From IMG/VR virus record IMGVR_UViG_3300027973_000071, positions 1 through 52,723 of that record: 52,723 nt of DNA; one strand, given 5' to 3'. The notes beneath the pieces are model-generated. The model saw nothing but the letters and a program-made list of their open reading frames with translations. It made no database searches and was not told the origin of the DNA. The translations under genes were made by a program, and so were the position numbers. The stretch's first letter is position 1, and the number at the start of each line of letters is the position of its first letter. The stretch comes from a virus (taxonomy: Duplodnaviria; Caudoviricetes). Below, one piece after another: positions 46,324 to 52,723 of this stretch.

Positions 46324-46718
46324 TATACGGAGAGAACACCGAGATGATCCTGAAGGCCCTTGCTGATGAGGGGCCGATGACACGGGCAGAGTTGTGCCGA
46401 GCTACTGGCCTTGGACACGACTACGCTTCAGCCGTGCTGACGCGCCTGAGCAGGGCGATGACCACCATTCCGAAGCGCGTGTATATCACGGGATACATCC
46501 ATGATGCAGAGGGTAAGCGCCGCTACCCAAGGGCCGTGTACGACCTTGGCGACAAGCCTGATGCCAAGAGACCTAAGCCGGACAAGAAGGCGATTCGCAA
46601 ACGCTACGACGAGCGCAAGCGAAACCTCGTCGCAGGCAGCAGCGTCTTCACTTGGGGCATGACTAGGGCGCAGATCAAAGATCACCTATCTAGCTTCCGC
46701 GAGGCCTCAAATGGCTGA
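46320..46718 (+). CDS. HTH DNA-binding protein
   Basis: IL.AL..EGPMTRAELC..TGL winged-HTH pattern; start position uncertain. Confidence 0.6.
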   Translation: MIYGENTEMILKALADEGPMTRAELCRATGLGHDYASAVLTRLSRAMTTIPKRVYITGYIHDAEGKRRYPRAVYDLGDKPDAKRPKPDKKAIRKRYDERKRNLVAGSSVFTWGMTRAQIKDHLSSFREASNG

Positions 46719-46839
46719 GCTTCTTTTGATAGGCGTTGTCGTCGGCGCACTTGGCGTTGCCTTTGTGTGGTGGATTTCCAACACACTCGATTCAGCATTT
46801 GATCTGGAAGAACTGAATGAAGAAGAAGGTAAACAGTAG
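46711..46839 (+). CDS. Small single-TM protein (42 aa; not in the ORF track)
   Basis: MAELLLIGVVVGALGVAFVWWISNTLDSAFDLEELNEEEGKQ; GAGG upstream; fills the gap in the operon. Confidence 0.5.
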   Translation: MAELLLIGVVVGALGVAFVWWISNTLDSAFDLEELNEEEGKQ

Positions 46840-47305
46840 GGCTAAGGGTGCGGCGGGTGAGCGTGAGTTCATCAGCGCTCTGACTGACATCCTAGGAGAT
46901 GCGTTGACGGCACCGATGAAACGCAACCTTGAGCAGACACGGGCAGGCGGCCACGACATCGTTGGGCTGGAGGGCTGGGCCATCGAGGTCAAGCGGTACA
47001 AGAAGCTTACGGAGGGGGAGTTGGATATCTTCTGGCAGCAGGCCTGGAGGCAGGCAGAAGAGGTTGGCGCGATACCCGCGCTAGCGTACCGGGAAGACTT
47101 CCGGAGCTGGCGGGCGCGTGTCCCGCTGGAACTGTTGCTCACCGGGGATTGGACTTCATGGCCGGGCGTGGAGTGGACTGCCGACCTGTCCTTGGACGGG
47201 TTCGCATCGGTAGTTCGTGAGCATTTGCGTAGCGACTTGCATGCTGACAAACCACCAGAGAGACTACCGAGCAACAGCGATGAGGCATGCGCCTCAACCC
47301 AGTAG
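46817..47305 (+). CDS. Holliday junction resolvase-like (Hjc-type PD-(D/E)XK)
   Basis: SRAKG..GERE...GG.DI.....IEVKR...WQQA motif. Confidence 0.8.
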   Translation: MKKKVNSRAKGAAGEREFISALTDILGDALTAPMKRNLEQTRAGGHDIVGLEGWAIEVKRYKKLTEGELDIFWQQAWRQAEEVGAIPALAYREDFRSWRARVPLELLLTGDWTSWPGVEWTADLSLDGFASVVREHLRSDLHADKPPERLPSNSDEACASTQ

Positions 47306-47319
47306 TGGTTGCCTATGGG

Positions 47320-47352
47320 AACCCCGGCCAATGCGCCGGGGTTTTCTTCTTT
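47320..47352 (+). terminator. Intrinsic terminator of the rightward operon
   Basis: AACCCCGGC-CAATGC-GCCGGGGTT followed by TTCTTCTTT. Confidence 0.75.
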
Positions 47353-47387
47353 GGTTGCGTGTAAAGATTGAGTAGCCGTTGAGCACT

Positions 47388-47431
47388 AAAAAATGAAACG
47401 GGGACATGGGATTAACCCATGCCCCGCTTCA
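47388..47431 (-). terminator. Intrinsic terminator of the leftward operon
   Basis: A6 then CGGGG(A)CATGGG-ATTAA-CCCATGCCCCG hairpin. Confidence 0.65.
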
Positions 47432-47446
47432 ATCTAGGACTCCGTC

Positions 47447-47764
47447 CTAGAACCTGAACCAGCCCACAATCCTGTCTATCAGGCTCTGCTTGGCTGGCGG
47501 ATCAACGGTTACTTTGCTGACCAGGATGGACCTTTCCCTCAGCTTGGTATGAACCGTTCCTCTTGACACTCCAAACGTCTTGGCGATCCTTGTTTTCTTT
47601 ACCCCCATATCTGCCATCGTGTACATCGCGCTGAGCTGAATTGGAGACAGCTTTTTGTAGCGGCGAATGGCTTTCTTTTCAGGGACAACCCCAGCCTTGC
47701 GCACGTTGTAGTGAATTGTTCGGTGGCTCACGCCGTACTTCTTTTTTATGTCTTCGTTAGACAT
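47447..47764 (-). CDS. Tandem HTH DNA-binding protein
   Basis: IKKKYGVSHRTI and IAKTFGVSRGTV HTHs; start uncertain (may extend to 47920). Confidence 0.65.
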   Translation of the reverse strand: MSNEDIKKKYGVSHRTIHYNVRKAGVVPEKKAIRRYKKLSPIQLSAMYTMADMGVKKTRIAKTFGVSRGTVHTKLRERSILVSKVTVDPPAKQSLIDRIVGWFRF

Positions 47765-48017
47765 TCCGTTCTGGAAGTCCGACACGAGACCTTGGTGCTC
47801 CTCCTTCGTCAACCTGTCTGAATATCCTGCGGATCTCTGCCTTTTTGTTGTAGATCCATCTTCTGTCTCCGCTTGAGTTGGGCCAGTTGATTCGTATTTT
47901 TGTTTGTCCATCTGAAACAAGTACTATGAAATGGTTACCGCCTGTGTGGAAAAAGGACTCGACCTTGTAGCCGAGTCCTTCCACGGTTCGTTTAATTTCT
48001 AGTTGCCGTCTATCCAA
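47757..48017 (-). CDS. HicA-like fold protein
   Basis: E.LGY.V...TGGNH.......S.GDRR...N...EIRR pattern; AAGGAG RBS. Confidence 0.5.
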   Translation of the reverse strand: MDRRQLEIKRTVEGLGYKVESFFHTGGNHFIVLVSDGQTKIRINWPNSSGDRRWIYNKKAEIRRIFRQVDEGGAPRSRVGLPERNV

Positions 48018-48535
48018 ATCGCTCCTTGTCTTTTGATCTTGACTTCGACTGGTTCGGCTCCCGATGGATAGCTCATGTAGCCGAAGTCGTTAATGGTTGA
48101 TTCTGGATGCGCGTGATAGGCCACGCTTACCGCGGACTTTGTAATGCGGCGAAGCCTAGTCATTGCTTGGTCGACCGTGTCTCCTTGTGAGAAGGTTCCG
48201 TCCTTGGTGAATACCATGTAGACGCGAGCATTGAGATCAATGCCCTTAACCGGTGTAGTGTCTTCCATCGCCTCCTTGATTAGAGAATCCTGCGCAATCC
48301 CGATGAAGTCGGATCGATTCCACCGGGCATCCTCGTTGTCTGCGATGTGGACTCCGAACACCGCTCGACCAAGGCTGCGCTCCTTGCAGCCGAAACCTCC
48401 TAGTGCTTTGAATAGCTGGAACCTTGGGATCTGGTGCCTTCGGTTTAGCTTGGTGTGAAGAAGGACCAGCACCTTATTGGTGAGGTCACCCTCAAGGGGC
48501 TGAAGCCCCTTGTCGCCTTGCGCGATGATATTCAT
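47999..48535 (-). CDS. Hypothetical protein (178 aa)
   Basis: GGAGG RBS; TAATG coupling. Confidence 0.7.
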   Translation of the reverse strand: MNIIAQGDKGLQPLEGDLTNKVLVLLHTKLNRRHQIPRFQLFKALGGFGCKERSLGRAVFGVHIADNEDARWNRSDFIGIAQDSLIKEAMEDTTPVKGIDLNARVYMVFTKDGTFSQGDTVDQAMTRLRRITKSAVSVAYHAHPESTINDFGYMSYPSGAEPVEVKIKRQGAIWIDGN

Positions 48536-48708
48536 TAACCTCCCGAGTTGAAGAAGTCGAGCCTGGTGAATAGCTCGTCGCTGATAGTCTGAGGAATCAG
48601 ATCGGCTGACTCCATCCGACTCAAAGCTTGGGCTATCTCAAGCATTCGATCGTCATCCATGTAGGCATTGGTTATCTCTAGCGAGACATGCTCTTGCCAT
48701 TGATCCAT
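48535..48708 (-). CDS. Small acidic protein (57 aa; not in the ORF track)
   Basis: AAGGAG RBS; MDQWQEHVSLEITNAYMDDDRMLEIAQALSRMESADLIPQTISDELFTRLDFFNSGG. Confidence 0.65.
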   Translation of the reverse strand: MDQWQEHVSLEITNAYMDDDRMLEIAQALSRMESADLIPQTISDELFTRLDFFNSGG

Positions 48709-48716
48709 GCGACTCC

Positions 48717-49673
48717 TTAGCTAACCCAAGATGGGGTAACGGACTCGGAATGAAACAGGTCGGCGATCCACTCTGATGCTTCAACTGGGTCAGAATCAAC
48801 CAGGGTTGTGATGTCGTCAACCTCGTCATAGTAGTGGTTGAGCAATGCAATCGCCTTGTAAGGCGCGTCATGAACCCACTGCTCAACTCCTCTGACACCT
48901 TTCTGAGTCCAGCAGTTGAACGCAGCACGAACATACTTGCGTAGCTCGTTCGTTGTCACCTCTTCTTTGATGAGTTGACCCTTTGCTTCCTTGACTTCTT
49001 CTTCTTCTTCGAACTTGTAGTAGCGCAGGTCGTCGTCGTAGTTTCCGTAGAACTTTCCTTGCATCCAGTTCGACTGGTACGTTTTCGTCGGATACGTAGG
49101 CGTCTGATAAAAGCCAAACTTGGATGGCGACCACGCGTACGTGTTCGACAGCCAAGCCCCCACAAACTCAACGCCCGACTTCCGGTTAATAAGAACAACG
49201 TCGCCGCTGCCGGTAACGATGCCAAACTTATTTCCGCTGCCGATCATCGATCCCATGTAAGCCTGGAAGCTGGCGTCATGGATAAGTTTTGGATCAGCAA
49301 TCAGAGCTGGCCGCAACACAAAGTTGATGAAGTGCCAAGTGTCCGAGCGCTTGGTGTCGCTGTCGTTACCCATCGAAAGGATGCCGTTGTGTGCCAGCCA
49401 GATGTCGTCAGTCACCTTATAGGGATGGCAGTTGTCAAAGTCGATGTCGCCGTGCGTCTGCATGCGAGCGTGCCACACGCAGTCCTTGCCGTCGGCATGC
49501 TTGCGGTAGAAGTCAATGAACTCTTGTGCGCTGGTCGGCAGGCACTTGAAGACATGCACCTTGCCATCCTCGGCATACATGACGCCGAGTCCGTCTTTGT
49601 TCTTGGCGTAGACGTCAGCCAAGAAGTCGTCGGTGAAGCTGGTGGAGGCGGGCTGTTGAACGAGAAGACACAT
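48717..49673 (-). CDS. Class II glutamine amidotransferase (Ntn)
   Basis: Cys at position 2; N.DGLG, HARMQTHG, NCHPY, AHNG and SDT motifs. Confidence 0.88.
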   Translation of the reverse strand: MCLLVQQPASTSFTDDFLADVYAKNKDGLGVMYAEDGKVHVFKCLPTSAQEFIDFYRKHADGKDCVWHARMQTHGDIDFDNCHPYKVTDDIWLAHNGILSMGNDSDTKRSDTWHFINFVLRPALIADPKLIHDASFQAYMGSMIGSGNKFGIVTGSGDVVLINRKSGVEFVGAWLSNTYAWSPSKFGFYQTPTYPTKTYQSNWMQGKFYGNYDDDLRYYKFEEEEEVKEAKGQLIKEEVTTNELRKYVRAAFNCWTQKGVRGVEQWVHDAPYKAIALLNHYYDEVDDITTLVDSDPVEASEWIADLFHSESVTPSWVS

Positions 49674-49693
49674 GATTAGCTATTCCTTTTTGA

Positions 49694-51229
49694 TTAAGCG
49701 GTGAAGTTGTTCTCTTCGATGGTCTCTTCCGGATTCGGATCCGTGACATCGGGGTTGACTCGCACGATCTCCATCCTGCGATCCAGATAAGGACGCAGAT
49801 TGTTTGTGCTGCTGTATAGCTCGGCATTCACAAACGTCATGAAGTTATCCATCGTCAGCTCGGTAGGACCAAACCTTTTTCCGGCAGTGAACTCAACTAT
49901 TGCATTTGAGAACTCGATGGCAGACATGACTGAGTCGTACTTCAAAGAACCCCTGAAGACTCGCAGCTCGATGGTTCGGCTGGGCGTGATGTTCAACGCC
50001 TCGTACCGATCCTCGCTATCCATTGCATCCTCGATGGTCTTCTTCTTGATCCTGCAATAGCCGGTCGCATAGCGCCGAGCAACAGCTTTAATCAGCGGTT
50101 CGTTTGCTGGATCATTGATGAAAGTCACCATCTTGGCGATCTGCATCTGAGTCATCTCCGCTTTGGTGATGTGAACGTGAAGACCGCAAGTCGAAGTGTT
50201 GTGCGAACGAAGACCGCGCACAGCATCTCGGTCATTGAGAAACTGCCAGAGTCTTTCATGCGCCGGCAAAGAGAACGGCTGCGTGATGATTTCAAAGCCG
50301 TCGTTCAAAGAACCGTCATGCTCGAAGAAAACTTTGTTCCCAATAACTCCGCCGTTGATGACTTCATTCAAACGCCTAGCGTGATCGTGTCGATCGCCAA
50401 CCCTAGTCTCAACCTCTAGCTCAACGCCAAACCAACGAGAAAAGTTCGTAGACCATTCGTCGTGCTGAGGCTGAAACTTTTTCTTGCTCGAGTGGTATGA
50501 GCCAATGACCGGAGGCGCTGGCGGAACATAGTTTTCGTGAACGTAGCATCCACGACCCTCGTCGTAGTGAAAGTCGGGATCTTCACGATGAATTTTGACT
50601 TCGCTTCCTGATTCATCAAGAGCCCAAATTGCTACCTCGTTGTAGAGATATGTTTCGTAGTAATCTGCCCAGACGTATTCGCCATTGTCGATGCAGTTAC
50701 GGCAAACATTTCCGTCTCCATATGTTGAAGCTTCCATCTCAGCAAACTCGTAGCCATCGCAGTGGTCACACGAAACTATGTTGAACTCTGTGTCAAGCCA
50801 TTGAAAGCACTCGTCGTAGTCTTCTGCATCTGAAACTGTGCTTATCAAATCGCGTAGTCTACGAATTGACTTTTCTTGTAGGCAGTTGTCGGCTCGAACA
50901 CGAATCAAAAGCCAAGGCATCATGCATTGATGGCTGCTTACCCTATTCTTTATTCCATAAAACAAAGTTTTGAGTTTGCTAACTTTCAGAAACAGTTCAT
51001 CATGAACGGACTTCAGTTGATCCCGATCTTCAAGAGAAACGGCTCGGGTGTAACGATATGCAGCGGTTTCCAACTCGCCGCAAAGTGTGACGTAGCGGTT
51101 GAGCATGAGCTCCAGCCCTTCAGTCGCCTCTCCGCTGTCCTCTTCCAACTTTTCAGCGTACTCGTCGATGATTTTTTGCGTTGTCTCAACCGATCCATCG
51201 AGTCGATCAAGCATTGCCACGTATGACAT
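49694..51229 (-). CDS. Putative amidoligase (COOH-NH2 ligase) with N-terminal helical and Zn-ribbon regions
   Basis: FGVELEVE, HDGSL, GFEIITQP, TCGLHVH, RYEALN and TIELRVFRGS motifs; CDHC/CRNC. Confidence 0.85.
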   Translation of the reverse strand: MSYVAMLDRLDGSVETTQKIIDEYAEKLEEDSGEATEGLELMLNRYVTLCGELETAAYRYTRAVSLEDRDQLKSVHDELFLKVSKLKTLFYGIKNRVSSHQCMMPWLLIRVRADNCLQEKSIRRLRDLISTVSDAEDYDECFQWLDTEFNIVSCDHCDGYEFAEMEASTYGDGNVCRNCIDNGEYVWADYYETYLYNEVAIWALDESGSEVKIHREDPDFHYDEGRGCYVHENYVPPAPPVIGSYHSSKKKFQPQHDEWSTNFSRWFGVELEVETRVGDRHDHARRLNEVINGGVIGNKVFFEHDGSLNDGFEIITQPFSLPAHERLWQFLNDRDAVRGLRSHNTSTCGLHVHITKAEMTQMQIAKMVTFINDPANEPLIKAVARRYATGYCRIKKKTIEDAMDSEDRYEALNITPSRTIELRVFRGSLKYDSVMSAIEFSNAIVEFTAGKRFGPTELTMDNFMTFVNAELYSSTNNLRPYLDRRMEIVRVNPDVTDPNPEETIEENNFTA

Positions 51230-51245
51230 GAGTTCTCCTTAGAAA

Positions 51246-51270
51246 TAAAACGGCCCGCTTTAGCGGGCCA
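51246..51270 (-). terminator. Hairpin/terminator upstream of the amidoligase
   Basis: GGCCCGCT-TT-AGCGGGCC with an adjacent A-run (U-tail on the - strand). Confidence 0.45.
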
Positions 51271-51329
51271 CGAATAGAGAAGAAACAAAGAAGCAGCGGT
51301 TAGAAACAGGGGAACATAGAAAGAGCGAA

Positions 51330-51354
51330 GCCCCTCCCTCTATAGGGGAGGGGC
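51330..51354 (-). terminator. GC-rich hairpin after the LuxR-type gene
   Basis: GCCCCTCCC...GGGAGGGGC inverted repeat. Confidence 0.55.
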
Positions 51355-51363
51355 ATAGCGGGG

Positions 51364-51723
51364 CTACGAGGAAGAGGGGAAGTCTCTCTCCTTTATTCTT
51401 GCCTCAATTGCGTGCCCGAACTTGATGACTCGGTCGGCCCACGCTAGGTCCATATTGCTGAACGTGATGTTGGTAAATTCTCTCAGGATGTCTAGCTCTG
51501 TGAGCGGCTTGAATGGATCCTTGATTTCTATTGGTGATTTGCTGTATGCAACCATCGCTTGAGCCCGTGTCTTAACCCCAATGGATTTGAATATATCTGT
51601 CAGGTGCAGCTTTACTGTAACCTCAGCCATACCAAGGGCTCGCGCTATTTCTTTGTTGGATCTGCCTTTGCAGACCTCATCCAGAACTGAGCGTTGTCTT
51701 GGCGTTAACTGTGGCTCTTCCAT
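51364..51723 (-). CDS. LuxR/NarL-type HTH transcription regulator (stand-alone)
   Basis: LTPRQ..VL..V.KGRSNKEIARALG.AE.TVK.HL..IFK.IGV.TR.QA motif. Confidence 0.9.
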   Translation of the reverse strand: MEEPQLTPRQRSVLDEVCKGRSNKEIARALGMAEVTVKLHLTDIFKSIGVKTRAQAMVAYSKSPIEIKDPFKPLTELDILREFTNITFSNMDLAWADRVIKFGHAIEARIKERDFPSSS

Positions 51724-51734
51724 TTGGCTCTTCC

Positions 51735-51766
51735 TATACCTTGGTCAGGCATACCTCAGTCGTATG
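51735..51766. promoter_or_regulatory. Putative LuxR/NarL-type operator
   Basis: CATAC-N7-GTATG palindrome (51750-51766) plus an adjacent TATACCT half-site in the divergent gap. Confidence 0.4.
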
Positions 51767-51830
51767 GTTGCGGTCTGGCATCTATCGTTCAATCACCTTG
51801 CCGTCGCGTTGACGGTTTAGGAGATAAACA

Positions 51831-52610
51831 ATGTCTGATTCTTCCGGAATGGACGGGCTTGGCCCGATGTTGATGTCTATGGCTACCAAAGGTGGCGGAG
51901 GCGATGGTATGTTTGGTGGCGGCGGCAGCGGGCTTATCGGTGGCCTTATCCTTGGTTCGCTTCTGCGCCAAGGCAATGGCGGTCTGTTCGGCAATGGCAC
52001 TGATGGTGCCGGCGTTGTTGGCGGCGCCGTTCTGCGCAACCCGCCCGAACAAAACCAAGCCAACATGGACTTGATGCAAGCAATTGGCGCTGTTGACAAA
52101 GCTACTGCCGTATCCACTGCGGCAATGGAGGCTTCTCAAGCTCAGCAATCTGCCGCGATCGTCAGTCAACTGAACAACGTGACTGGCTCCCTGGCCAATC
52201 GCATTGACGGTACGAAAGACGCCGTGAACGCAAACACTGTTGCGCTCATGCAGATGATCAACGCGACCAACACCAACATCACAAATGATGGTGAGAAGAC
52301 TCGTGCCCTGATCACCAGCAACTACCAGGACACGTTGAACCGTCAACTGGCAGAGGCTAATGCCGCCATCATTGAGCTGCGTGGGGACTATCGTGCTCAG
52401 CGTCATGCTCGCGATACCGAAGTCACTGTTACGCAGACCGTGAACCAAGCTCAATCGCAGCAGCAGCAACAAACCCAGTTCGATCGTCTGTACCACATGA
52501 TTGCCGACGCAAGTCAGAGCATTCGTGCTACCAATCAGGCTATCAACTTTGGTTCTGGAACCCAGACTGCCAGCCCCATCAACACGACCAGCAACAACCG
52601 GGTTGGCTGA
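51831..52610 (+). CDS. Gly-rich hydrophobic-segment, Q/N-rich coiled-coil protein
   Basis: AGGAG RBS; GGGGSGLIGGLILGSLL segment; long Ala/Asn/Gln heptads; DGEKTRALI motif. Confidence 0.8.
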   Translation: MSDSSGMDGLGPMLMSMATKGGGGDGMFGGGGSGLIGGLILGSLLRQGNGGLFGNGTDGAGVVGGAVLRNPPEQNQANMDLMQAIGAVDKATAVSTAAMEASQAQQSAAIVSQLNNVTGSLANRIDGTKDAVNANTVALMQMINATNTNITNDGEKTRALITSNYQDTLNRQLAEANAAIIELRGDYRAQRHARDTEVTVTQTVNQAQSQQQQQTQFDRLYHMIADASQSIRATNQAINFGSGTQTASPINTTSNNRVG

Positions 52611-52611
52611 G

Positions 52612-52723
52612 ATGGAAGCTAACGTGGTTGTCAATGGCGGCGTCACTCAGAGTGGTGTCGTTGAAAACGACGAGGTCTTTTACTCGGATCAATCAAAGCC
52701 AGAGCCCGAGCCGAAGCCGGATC
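52612..52723 (+). CDS. Hypothetical protein (truncated at the window edge)
   Basis: ATG immediately after the preceding TGA; open to the end of the window (MEANVVVNGG...). Confidence 0.55.
   Translation, partial: MEANVVVNGGVTQSGVVENDEVFYSDQSKPEPEPKPD

Overview
The window is most of a tailed dsDNA phage genome with podovirus-type organisation. A two-component spanin indicates a Gram-negative host; a betaproteobacterial host is only an inference. Layout: (i) 1-1.2 kb, a putative origin/control region with DnaA-like boxes, iteron-like repeats flanking an AT-rich core, and a structured RNA with a terminator. (ii) 1.2-37 kb (+ strand), terminase, portal, scaffold, capsid, adaptors, a fibre module, a Dps-like gene, the lysis cassette, tail proteins, ejection proteins ending in a 3317-aa polyvalent protein, then an Ntn-peptidase, a metallophosphoesterase and small genes. 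(iii) 37.2-41.9 kb (- strand), nucleotide pyrophosphatases, an Xis-like HTH, a PD-(D/E)XK nuclease, a Tad2/DUF2829-like protein, an SSB-like protein and ERF. (iv) 42.2-47.3 kb (+), primase-helicase, nucleases and a resolvase. (v) 47.4-51.7 kb (-), a HicA-like protein, a GATase-II + amidoligase pair and a LuxR-type HTH, divergent from a Gly-rich coiled-coil gene at the right edge. I saw no integrase, DNA polymerase, reverse transcriptase, CRISPR array or canonical tRNA. The best leads are the 20-aa-repeat fibre scaffold, the LuxR/Gly-rich coiled-coil module, the polyvalent protein coupled to a protease, the amidoligase/GATase pair, the Tad2-like gene and three structured non-coding elements. 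All family calls come from motif recognition by eye; no searches were run.
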